Shown piece by piece: positions 37,370 to 45,665 of a stretch of DNA of 60,596 bases. Under the pieces are notes generated by a model. The model saw only the letters and a list, made by a program, of their open reading frames with translations. It ran no database searches and was not told the origin of the DNA. This stretch comes from Candidatus Limnocylindrus sp. (GTDB lineage: Bacteria > Chloroflexota > Limnocylindria > Limnocylindrales > Limnocylindraceae). The position numbers and the translations under genes are program-made. The stretch's first letter is position 1. Each line of letters begins with the position of its first letter. The stretch covers positions 1 to 60,596 of the forward strand of contig JBIIGQ010000001.1 of the NCBI GenBank assembly GCA_044236365.1. The letters are read 5' to 3'.

Positions 37370-38263
37370 TCAATCTAGGCTGAGATACGGAACTAATCGC
37401 AGGGGCAATAGGGCCCGCCCTTCTTCTGGGATGTCCTCGTAGTATTTGATCCAGAGTTCGATTAGGCGGTTACCGTCGATGAGCGTGATCCTGTCTTTTG
37501 AATCGCGAGCTGAGAGCCGCGCCTCTTTAGTAAAACTAGAAAGCGTGACGATCACTCCGGTTTCACCGTCATTGATTTTGCTTGCAGTTCTTTCAACAAC
37601 ATCAGCGGCGACTGCAGTTTCCGAGTAACGCTTTACTTGGACTTTGATCCGAGTGCCCTTTGCACCAAGTGGATCTTCATATGCGACGATGTCAAGACCT
37701 CGGTCTGCGCCATCGTCGGCCTTGTAAACAACGTGCCAACCCATGGCTCCTAGTAGATGGGCGACCAAATTTTGGAATGACTGCCATGACTGATTCGCAA
37801 GATGCTTACGAATTTGTGCGACAGCCTCGCCTTCCGCTTCTTCAATTGACAGTGCAACTAGTGACTGGGACTCTTCTTCACCCAGCTGGTCGGCTTCTGT
37901 CGGATCAATTTCTTGGTCCCGCGAGGCCTTCCACGACTTGTACGCTGCTGATGCCGCTGCCTGGAAACTAGAGGCGTCTGGGTACTTGCTCAACGCCTCA
38001 GCGCCATCAGTAGTCGCGGACCACATACCCCGCTCTTTCACAATCCACCCGGCGCGCACCTGCGCAATGTTAAAAAAGTGGGTGCTAACCCGATACTTTG
38101 TAGAGGAAGGGTGCGTTTTGTAGTAACCCAGTTCTTCAGGAAGTGGCGCTTGGAGTTGTTCTAGTTTCTCCATGACCTCATTTCTATGCATTGGAGCGCC
38201 AGCTTTTACGAGAATTTCAAGTAGTAGCCTCTGTCGCTCGGCCATGCGTTCTCTTTTACTCAT
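37370..38263 (-). CDS. Mrr-like restriction endonuclease (winged-helix N-domain plus PD-(D/E)xK Mrr_cat)
   Basis: 297 aa. C-terminal FQNLVAHLLGAMGW, GADRGLDIVAY and IKVQVKRY pattern typical of Mrr_cat. Confidence 0.8.
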   Translation of the reverse strand: MSKRERMAERQRLLLEILVKAGAPMHRNEVMEKLEQLQAPLPEELGYYKTHPSSTKYRVSTHFFNIAQVRAGWIVKERGMWSATTDGAEALSKYPDASSFQAAASAAYKSWKASRDQEIDPTEADQLGEEESQSLVALSIEEAEGEAVAQIRKHLANQSWQSFQNLVAHLLGAMGWHVVYKADDGADRGLDIVAYEDPLGAKGTRIKVQVKRYSETAVAADVVERTASKINDGETGVIVTLSSFTKEARLSARDSKDRITLIDGNRLIELWIKYYEDIPEEGRALLPLRLVPYLSLD

Positions 38264-38295
38264 GTTCGCTCTCCTCTACTGAATTGCTTCTACGC

Positions 38296-39219
38296 TTACG
38301 CGCTGCGCAATAGCGGCTGCACATTAATGCTTGGGTGTAGCTCGGGAAAGGTGTCAAATCTATTCTGTAGTTTTTCAGGACGAAATTGACTGACATCCCA
38401 TCTAAAGAACTCATTTGGCTGCATCCGCGATAACCCTCGCGCGTCTGGAATCACAAAATCGCAGCCAGTGTCCGATTGAATTACCCACTTCCCGGAGAGG
38501 ACCAAGTATCGGCCGTGCCACTTTCGGGTGCCGTCAATTTTCATTTGCTCTCGAACTGAAACTCTGAAGTTTGTGCGTAAACTTGTTGCCAGGCTCTCAA
38601 GCATATTCCGCATGCGCATCGCATGGAACACAGGATAAGACTGGCTCCCTGGCTCCCAAAATGAGTTAATGGTGATGCTTGGAGATTCCGCGTCGGCGGT
38701 TCGTAATAGATCCGCAAATAAACCTAGGGTGGCAATTGCTGGAGACTCGTTTTCATAGATTTTTCTAGCGAGATATGGGTCGAAAATGCTCAAATGTGTT
38801 TGACCGTGCAGCGCCCTTTGAAGTGGTTGGATTAATGGGAAACTCGCTGCAGGCCCCGGGAAGAGCAACTTCTCTGGGTTATCATGGATTACGAACCCGT
38901 CATCAACGGCAGCATCCCAAATGGGACTTGCCGTCGTTTCATACATCTGCGCTTCGTTTTTGGTGATTCGCCAGGCGGCGCCATGGGTAGCAATCGTTGC
39001 CTCGTCAACCCAGTGAATCTCGCTAAGTAGTTTCCCAATCAGATCTTTTTTTGGGCTCACTAGACGTTCAGAATTACTCATCAAGTTGATTCGCTCGTCA
39101 TCCGGCGCACTGGCAATGCAGTGGTCTCGGATTTTTCCAAGAAGGCCGCAGAGTGTTTGCTCATGTTCAATTGCCAGAGATTTTAGTACGCCACGCTCAA
39201 AGATCACCGCGCCGATCAT
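38296..39219 (-). CDS. uncharacterised protein with MIT_C/PLD-like C-terminal domain (motif-level inference)
   Basis: 307 aa. LSIFDPYLARK and WHGRYLVLSGKWVIQSDTGCDFV parallel the DPYI and [17 protein letters not shown] blocks of the MITD1 C-terminal domain. The ATG lies 2 nt after the ATPase stop. Confidence 0.6.
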   Translation of the reverse strand: MIGAVIFERGVLKSLAIEHEQTLCGLLGKIRDHCIASAPDDERINLMSNSERLVSPKKDLIGKLLSEIHWVDEATIATHGAAWRITKNEAQMYETTASPIWDAAVDDGFVIHDNPEKLLFPGPAASFPLIQPLQRALHGQTHLSIFDPYLARKIYENESPAIATLGLFADLLRTADAESPSITINSFWEPGSQSYPVFHAMRMRNMLESLATSLRTNFRVSVREQMKIDGTRKWHGRYLVLSGKWVIQSDTGCDFVIPDARGLSRMQPNEFFRWDVSQFRPEKLQNRFDTFPELHPSINVQPLLRSA

Positions 39220-39221
39220 GC

Positions 39222-41021
39222 TTAGGTCAGCAGCTCTCGATACCCATCATTCGCCGATTCATTTGGCCACGGTGTCGCCATTGTGCCGTTCGGGGCAATT
39301 TCAAGCTGCGTCACGGTGGACGATCCGTTGACACGTGTCACATATAAAATGGCCACTTCTGCTTCGCTTAGCTGTGGTTGCATTTTCCCTGACCCAATGT
39401 GGGCCAAGATTCGGCGCAGGATATGCTCCGAGTGGGTTTCTACGAAGACTGGCCCGACACGATTCCTTGCGGCAATCGCAAGAAAAGTTGCAACACTTTT
39501 TTGCATCTGCGGGTGGAGGTGCGTTTCTGGTTCCTGAATTGCAATCGCCTTATGTTTTTCTATCAGGCTGCTGGATAGCACTGGTAGTACTTTTTGCAAG
39601 CCTAAACCATGGTCGACAATGTTCATGCTGCCGGGCATGCCTTCTTCGCGAATTTTAACGGCAAATGCGCCACTTTCCGGGTCATTGGGATTAGACCACC
39701 GCTCCAATTGGAACTCATAGTCGATCCCAGCCACTTTTAAGGCCTGTTCAAGCTGACTCCATTCACTGTTTTCTTCATTCGCAGTAGCGGATAGCAGGCT
39801 GCCGACACTATCGGGCTGTTCAGACCGTGAGAACAGTGAGATTCTGCCAATCGATTCTCGCTCTGCAGCGACTATGTGAACGTCTCGGACAACAGTTCGG
39901 AAGGATTGGGCGGACTCCGTCATCATAATCGCGAGATTCAGGTTGGGAACAACGCCGCCTGGAAATGCGTCCATTAGGGGATGGCCCCGTAGATCTGCGC
40001 GTACCAGGGAATGTCTACTTGGGCTCCAACTATTGATCCCGATTGAAGTGGCTTTTTGGGCATATGCAATGGATCTTGCTAATTCAAGAATGACTTCATC
40101 CGGCACAGTGACATTTCTCGCCAACTCAATAACTGCATCAAGCGGTGTCACTTTCTGGTCGCTCCGGTTCCCTTTGGACAGATGTCGCACCACCGCGTCA
40201 AGAAATTCTTCATCATTAAACAGCGGAATTCCAGCATTCTTCAATTGCTCGCGCATTAACTCGTCATATCCGTTCAACGCTGGATAGTGCTCCTCAGCGT
40301 AGGTGTGATCATATAGCCCAATGCCTTCGGTGGCCCGGGTGTTTCGTCCTTCGTAATTCTGAGAGGCAATTAGCGTGCAGAGAAGAGCGCCCCACTTTCG
40401 CGCTGTAGCTAGCCAAATTGGATGTTCTACGTCAATGAAAGAGCATCTGAGCGGAATCGTATCTTTCATTCGTAAGCTCAGTAGGTCATCAACCTCTGTG
40501 GGAATCCTAAACTCAGCAAGATGTTGAATGCTTTGGCCAACATAGACCCGTAGCCCGCGGATGCGCGCACGCTCATCAATCTTGCCGCGTTGCTTCAACT
40601 CAGCAGCGGAAGGAGTACGGAAGATGACGCCTAGGCCAAGATCGTAATCATTATCATCAATGTACTCGGAGTAGATATCTGGATAGGTTGTGTGATGCAG
40701 TCGATTCCCCGGATTTGGACTCTGTAGGTGCAACCCTTTAATGTAAATTGCGGTTTCGCTTTCTTGCTGTGGGTTACGCTTATGCGGCAAGCTTTTTGCC
40801 CCGCCAATGTTAAGACTGCCCCCAGACGTGTTGAGGTATCCACTGCGTTCGTCCATTGAGTTACGAAGCAGATTTAAGGCCAGCAGTGGCGTGGATTTCC
40901 CTGCCGAGTTCTCGCCGAATACGAGGGTTACTGGTCGAAGTGGAAAAAACGCGGCCTTTTCATACGCGCGAAAATTTCGAAGGAGTACTCCAGAGAGTCG
41001 CAAACTGCTTGAACTGCCCAA
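39222..41021 (-). CDS. ABC/OLD-like ATPase (AAA_15 / DUF3696 type)
   Basis: 599 aa. Walker A GENSAGKST, signature-like GLGLQ, Walker B AIAIQEPETHLHP and H-loop ETHSEH. A long insert of about 430 aa separates Walker A from Walker B. Confidence 0.8.
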   Translation of the reverse strand: MGSSSSLRLSGVLLRNFRAYEKAAFFPLRPVTLVFGENSAGKSTPLLALNLLRNSMDERSGYLNTSGGSLNIGGAKSLPHKRNPQQESETAIYIKGLHLQSPNPGNRLHHTTYPDIYSEYIDDNDYDLGLGVIFRTPSAAELKQRGKIDERARIRGLRVYVGQSIQHLAEFRIPTEVDDLLSLRMKDTIPLRCSFIDVEHPIWLATARKWGALLCTLIASQNYEGRNTRATEGIGLYDHTYAEEHYPALNGYDELMREQLKNAGIPLFNDEEFLDAVVRHLSKGNRSDQKVTPLDAVIELARNVTVPDEVILELARSIAYAQKATSIGINSWSPSRHSLVRADLRGHPLMDAFPGGVVPNLNLAIMMTESAQSFRTVVRDVHIVAAERESIGRISLFSRSEQPDSVGSLLSATANEENSEWSQLEQALKVAGIDYEFQLERWSNPNDPESGAFAVKIREEGMPGSMNIVDHGLGLQKVLPVLSSSLIEKHKAIAIQEPETHLHPQMQKSVATFLAIAARNRVGPVFVETHSEHILRRILAHIGSGKMQPQLSEAEVAILYVTRVNGSSTVTQLEIAPNGTMATPWPNESANDGYRELLT

Positions 41022-41256
41022 TTTTCGCCCCCTAAGATTGTTTTGCTAGGTTTTGGTGTGGCGCTATCATATGAGATCCATTTTGTTCTGCCGTGCCCGT
41101 TGCGAGTAGGTGTAGTTGTCGCTACGAGTGCAAGGCTACGTGGTGTGTTCCTTAGGATCCGTCAATACCTCTGCTGGCGATCGGCTTAGTCCACCCCCGG
41201 GGTGGGGCCATTAGTGTGCCTTTAGCGGCTCGGTGCAGCCTACCCCGTTTGGCAGC

Positions 41257-41736
41257 CTACGGCGTGACTGTCGCGGGGGTCTCCGGCTCTGGCACTGGTG
41301 TTGGGTCTGGTGTCGCAGTTGGCACAGGTGTCGGTAGTGGTTCTGGCGTGGGCATCGGTGCCGGCGTTGCAAAGATCCCGAGGGGATCTAGGTCTTGTCG
41401 GTACATCTCGCAGTGTCCATCGGGGAAGCAGACCCACTCCCACTTGTCAGGCCAGCACTCATCAACAATCAACGGGTTCTCTCGCACTCGCTCTTCCGAG
41501 CAGTACCAGACACGTGCCTCTGCCCAGGTGTACGTGCCGTCATAGCAATCCCAGCAGCTGTCTGGCGGTGCCGTTGGAACGGGCGTTGGGCTCGGTGGTT
41601 CGGTATACGGCTTGAATGAAGCTATGGCTGGGTAGTTCACCTTTAGATAGTCGGGTGTACCAGCAGATGCTGAGACAGCAGCGTAGCTAAACGAAAGCAG
41701 GAGTCCGGCGAGAGTGACGAATACCGCTCTTTTCAC
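41257..41736 (-). CDS. secreted Cys/Trp-rich protein with Pro-Thr-rich tail
   Basis: 159 aa with a signal peptide, 8 Cys and a C-terminal PT-rich low-complexity region. No family recognised. Confidence 0.55.
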   Translation of the reverse strand: MKRAVFVTLAGLLLSFSYAAVSASAGTPDYLKVNYPAIASFKPYTEPPSPTPVPTAPPDSCWDCYDGTYTWAEARVWYCSEERVRENPLIVDECWPDKWEWVCFPDGHCEMYRQDLDPLGIFATPAPMPTPEPLPTPVPTATPDPTPVPEPETPATVTP

Positions 41737-41748
41737 TGCTGTCCTACC

Positions 41749-42228
41749 TCACGCTTCCTGGTTGGGTTGTCCTGCTTTCTCCTTAAGGTACGCCACAACC
41801 TCGGCCCACGAGTGGAACGGCTCATGCCCGAAGTGGATCCACTTCTGGCCTGGCACCTTCCCAAAGGCTTCTGCTCCGTTGTTCGGCCGGTCATCGACTA
41901 GGTAGTGCCCAGCGTTGAGGTGCTTATTGTGCGAGAGGATCAGCCGCTTATGCGCGGGTGCGCCAGGGTGCCGCTTCACCCACTCCAGCTTGTCTGACCA
42001 GGCGCTCGGGTTCTCCCAAGGCGCCGTCGAGAGGATGTACGTATCAAAGAGCTCGCTCAGCTCGTGATACGCCTCGATCGCCCCCGGCATCGGCTGCATG
42101 AGGGCAAAGAGCCCTGGGATCTCGTCGGGGCTCTCTTTGTGCTGCTCGAGTAGGGCTGGGTCACAGGCGGCCATCCCCGAGGGGAAGTCCACCAGCACGT
42201 TGTCCATGTCGATGTAGAGGGTCTTCAT
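41749..42228 (-). CDS. 5'(3')-deoxyribonucleotidase (HAD superfamily, NT5C-like)
   Basis: 159 aa. N-terminal MKTLYIDMDNVLVDF carrying the DxDxV HAD motif I. Confidence 0.7.
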   Translation of the reverse strand: MKTLYIDMDNVLVDFPSGMAACDPALLEQHKESPDEIPGLFALMQPMPGAIEAYHELSELFDTYILSTAPWENPSAWSDKLEWVKRHPGAPAHKRLILSHNKHLNAGHYLVDDRPNNGAEAFGKVPGQKWIHFGHEPFHSWAEVVAYLKEKAGQPNQEA

Positions 42229-42349
42229 CGGTCAGCCCCCGTGCGCTTCAGCAACCAACACGCGCATTCCCGAGCCATTCTCATATAATGCACCCGCGCC
42301 GCCAGTAGCACAAATGTGTCTCCTTCCGGCAGGTATAAGGAGCACCGCC

Positions 42350-44548
42350 ATGCGTAAACTAAATGTGGCACTCGCCACCCTGCTTCTCGTTGTACTCGCA
42401 GGATCCACCACGGCGCCAGTACAGGCCGTGGTGAGCACAAATGAAGATACCGCCACAACTACCTACGTTGTAGGTACGCCTGGTGAGCCAATTTCCGTCA
42501 CGGTCGAAGGGACATATACCAACTTAACAAAGCCTACAACCACTTATACGACCTGCACGGGATACACCTATTCGGATTACTGGGGCTGGGAGTCGTATAC
42601 CTATTCATGCCCACAAACTACGAACTGGTATGACGAAGTCGTAGTTCATATTGAAGCGGCGAGTACGGTTACTAGTGCCAAGGTCAACGGTCGCACAGTA
42701 TCCACCCGAGTTTTGCGTCGGTATACCGTTGGTGGCATCAAGTATCAGGCACTACGACTCGGAACGACGAGGCTTTTCTACAATGACACCGCAAACTACA
42801 CACTGACGTACAAGGTGCTTGGCGGTGCACCGCGGTCTAATGATGCGACACGTATTGGTGCGGCCTATACATACTTCTGCCCGTCAGGCACGGGGAAAGA
42901 TGGTGGCTCACTCACTGTTCGCTTCCCAGCGGGCTACGCAGAGATCAATGCCTTTGGTGATGATTACGCCCGTACAGATTCTGGCGGCGGGTCTACATTC
43001 ACCTCTGGTCAGGTAGACGACGCCTTCAAGCTTTTCCCATGCATCGAAGCAGTAAACCCGCTCCTTTATGTTTCGGATCGATTCACCTCAGCTATGGGCA
43101 CCACTGTTGAGCTTCGTGGTTGGCCAGGCGATACCACGTGGATGAACAATGCAAAGTCAAGTCTCTCTAAGATTGTTGATGAACTTGAGTCATTCACGGG
43201 TGTTCCGCTCGTAAAAAATGGATCAATCATGGTGCGCGAGGCGAGCACCGACGGCGAGCTTGGTGGCTATGCCGGAATGTATGAAAACAAGATCGCTCGT
43301 GTGTCGGAAACCTTTGACGATTTGACCGCAGCGCATGAACTAGCGCATGTTTGGTTCAACGATGCCAATCTAAAAGACAATTGGGCTTGGGAAGGTTTCA
43401 CGGAATATGTTGCCCAGCGGGCCCTGAAAGCAGCGGGTGGCGACATTGGGTCTGCCCCATGCAGTGAGACGTATGCTTATGACTACACGAAGGCATCGGA
43501 TCCAGACGCGCAGCCAAAACTGCTTGAATGGGAGTACTACACGTCAAGTGCCTCGGCCCAAGAGGGTGACGCCCTAGGCAACCGCATTGACAAACGCTAT
43601 GAGCAGTCGTGCGCAGCAATCGCTAACTATCTCTTCTACAGGTCTGCAGACCAGCAGCAGCTAGCCTTGCAGACAATCATCAATGGGATTTCTCCTGTCA
43701 GTGGCAAGGCAGGTCAGGTGCTCACCACGCATGATGTGCTTGACGTGTTGGCGATGACGACACAAGAACTTGACGGTGAGGATCTTGGACTCAAGTACAG
43801 CAACGATTGGGGCTTTGCCCCCTTGACCGAAGCCGACCAGACTCGACTAACTGATCGTGCCGCGGCACTAAAGCTGTACGGGCCAATCTGGTCTTCGTTT
43901 GTAAAGGCGGGCTGGACGATTCCTCAAGCACTCTCGGAGTCAGTGAGTTCATGGTCGTTTGCCACCCTTAAGAGTGACTTGGCTTCTATGCAGTCAGCGT
44001 TTGTTGGCGCCAACATCGCTGCGCTCAGCAATGCCCCTGCACTCATTGAAGAGAATCTGGCAGCCGCCGGGTATGTCGCGGGCACCGCTCTCGATGAAGC
44101 ATTTGCCTCATCAACGGATGCTGAATTGCTCGGCACGGAGATTGGCAACCTTCTGATTGCTTCAGATTCAATCCGTGATGGCCATGAACTACTCCTTGCC
44201 GGAGTTGATCCGATTACGGCAATTGGTGGGTTCTTGCTCAACCCAAAGGGTGGTTTTGACTCAGCGGCTGAAGCGGCACTAACGGGTGATGGTGCGACTG
44301 CTCTGTCGGCCGCCGAATCAGCCACGGCAGCGATCGGTAATCGGACTCTGGTGGGCGCATTGGCGCTCTTGCTGATGTTTGGCGCACTATTCCTGATTCG
44401 ACGCCGACGCTTACAGCTTGCAAGCGCTGGTGGCGGTAAGGGGTTGGGTGGTTTTGGGGCCCAGTTCCTGAGCATTAGGAAGCGAGCCCAGAAGCTCTTT
44501 AAGGGTGCCAAGAAGCGCGCCACTCGAGCAACACGAGCGGGCAAATAG
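42350..44548 (+). CDS. secreted, C-terminally anchored zinc metallopeptidase (gluzincin, M1-like motif)
   Basis: Signal peptide from the ATG at 42350, which has AAGGAG upstream. HELAHVWFN...WAWEGFTEY (HExxH plus a downstream Glu). C-terminal hydrophobic helix followed by a Lys/Arg-rich tail. Confidence 0.75.
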   Translation: MRKLNVALATLLLVVLAGSTTAPVQAVVSTNEDTATTTYVVGTPGEPISVTVEGTYTNLTKPTTTYTTCTGYTYSDYWGWESYTYSCPQTTNWYDEVVVHIEAASTVTSAKVNGRTVSTRVLRRYTVGGIKYQALRLGTTRLFYNDTANYTLTYKVLGGAPRSNDATRIGAAYTYFCPSGTGKDGGSLTVRFPAGYAEINAFGDDYARTDSGGGSTFTSGQVDDAFKLFPCIEAVNPLLYVSDRFTSAMGTTVELRGWPGDTTWMNNAKSSLSKIVDELESFTGVPLVKNGSIMVREASTDGELGGYAGMYENKIARVSETFDDLTAAHELAHVWFNDANLKDNWAWEGFTEYVAQRALKAAGGDIGSAPCSETYAYDYTKASDPDAQPKLLEWEYYTSSASAQEGDALGNRIDKRYEQSCAAIANYLFYRSADQQQLALQTIINGISPVSGKAGQVLTTHDVLDVLAMTTQELDGEDLGLKYSNDWGFAPLTEADQTRLTDRAAALKLYGPIWSSFVKAGWTIPQALSESVSSWSFATLKSDLASMQSAFVGANIAALSNAPALIEENLAAAGYVAGTALDEAFASSTDAELLGTEIGNLLIASDSIRDGHELLLAGVDPITAIGGFLLNPKGGFDSAAEAALTGDGATALSAAESATAAIGNRTLVGALALLLMFGALFLIRRRRLQLASAGGGKGLGGFGAQFLSIRKRAQKLFKGAKKRATRATRAGK

Positions 44549-44619
44549 CGTTAACGTCCACGCGGCGGGCCGTTTGGTTCGCCGCGTGGACATTGGCCAG
44601 ATACGGAGGCAAGCGACTC

Positions 44620-44832
44620 ATGGCCGACGCGAAGGTAAAGGGGCCCGCCTCGTACTTCCCCTCGATTGAGGCGAAGTACGGGAAGCCGATTGAGCACTGG
44701 ATGAAGGAGCTCAAGAAGGTGTCGGCGAAGGCGCACATGGAGCAGGTTGCACATCTCAAGACGAAGTTCGGCATGGGCCACGGCCATGCCAACGCGATCG
44801 TCGCCGTCTTCCGCAGCAAGAACGGGCTGTAG
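44620..44832 (+). CDS. DUF4287-domain protein
   Basis: SYFPSIEAKYGKPIEHW and FGMGHGHANAIV pattern. Start at the internal Met at 44620. Confidence 0.7.
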   Translation: MADAKVKGPASYFPSIEAKYGKPIEHWMKELKKVSAKAHMEQVAHLKTKFGMGHGHANAIVAVFRSKNGL

Positions 44833-45015
44833 GCGCGCGGATCGATTCGCGCCTCCGGGTCGTTAGGACCTGGTCGCGCGCATAACCGACTCACCCGCTC
44901 AGGGTTAACTCCCTGAAGCTGCTTCGCATAGTGTGGGGTTGAGCGCACGGGTATCGGCCCACGAGTGGACCTCCGAACTGCCGTCTTGGCGTGGTGAGGT
45001 TTTGCGGGGGTTCCT

Positions 45016-45465
45016 GTGCATCGTGTTCTTCTGTCTATGCTGGCTGTCACCCTTCTCTGGTCATGCGGTGGTTCGCATGCGCACGCCGTAGCGCCTGAGA
45101 GTCCGACTGTCGCGATCGGCATGATCACGTTTGGCTTCAGCGTAAATGCCTCAACGCTTCGAGTTGATCAGCCCGCTGGTGTCTTCGCCGTTACGAACGT
45201 GGCGATCGGCTGGAGTGCCTGGCTCAACGAGCCAACGGGCGGTGAAACCGTCAATGTCATGTACGTCTCTGTAGGGGCCGACGGCTATGAGACGTTCATT
45301 CATCAAGAGCTGCTAGTAGTGGCGAGTCCGCTCCTGACGATCTTGGCGAACACCTCGGACCTTGGCACCGTCGTGGGAGCGAAGCCTGGCCTCTACACGA
45401 TGCGCATCCTGCAGCACGCGCGCATCTTGGCGCAGGGAACGTTCCGCTTAACGGCGACACCGTAA
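45016..45465 (+). CDS. putative lipoprotein, unknown function
   Basis: 149 aa. Signal peptide ending in the lipobox-like LLWSC. Confidence 0.5.
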   Translation: MHRVLLSMLAVTLLWSCGGSHAHAVAPESPTVAIGMITFGFSVNASTLRVDQPAGVFAVTNVAIGWSAWLNEPTGGETVNVMYVSVGADGYETFIHQELLVVASPLLTILANTSDLGTVVGAKPGLYTMRILQHARILAQGTFRLTATP

Positions 45466-45483
45466 GGCGTTCAGCCGCGCGGG

Positions 45484-45660
45484 CTAGCGGCCGAGGATAC
45501 GGTCGAGCAGACCCTTCTGGTTCTGTGGGTCGTTCGGATCTGGTCGCGGGCAGGTGCAGCGCTCGTTGAGTGGCACGCCCTTCAGGGCGTACTCAATGTG
45601 CTCGCCGCAGCCCTCCCAGGTTGGCTTGCTGCACGTTGCGCAGGAGATCTCATGGCACAT
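45484..45660 (-). CDS. small cysteine-rich protein (58 aa), absent from the ORF track
   Basis: Manual translation: MCHEISCATCSKPTWEGCGEHIEYALKGVPLNERCTCPRPDPNDPQNQKGLLDRILGR. GAGAGG lies upstream of the ATG. It fills an otherwise empty gap and shows G/C-biased third positions. Confidence 0.6.
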   Translation of the reverse strand: MCHEISCATCSKPTWEGCGEHIEYALKGVPLNERCTCPRPDPNDPQNQKGLLDRILGR

Positions 45661-45665
45661 GGTGG

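Larger units (their letters stand above)
37354..45480. other. AT-richer compositional island (probable horizontally acquired region)
   Basis: Hand counts on single 60-nt lines: 38341-38400 has 25/60 G+C, versus 43/60 for flanking line 36481-36540. Many A/T-ending codons through 37.4-41.2 kb and 42.3-44.5 kb. No integrase, tRNA or flanking direct repeat seen. Boundaries are approximate. Confidence 0.55.

Noticed and set aside
41191-41207. CCACCCC/GGGGTGG palindrome downstream of the secreted Cys-rich gene, as a possible terminator or island-end repeat
   Set aside because: Only about 5 bp can pair once a realistic loop is allowed. No U-tract follows, and no matching copy occurs at the other island boundary.
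44833-45015. tRNA-like fragment (GCGCG-CGGATCGATT-CGCGC) that could have marked an island attachment site
   Set aside because: The loop is 10 nt rather than the 7-nt T-loop. There is no acceptor, D or anticodon arm around it. More likely a weak terminator-type hairpin after the DUF4287 gene.
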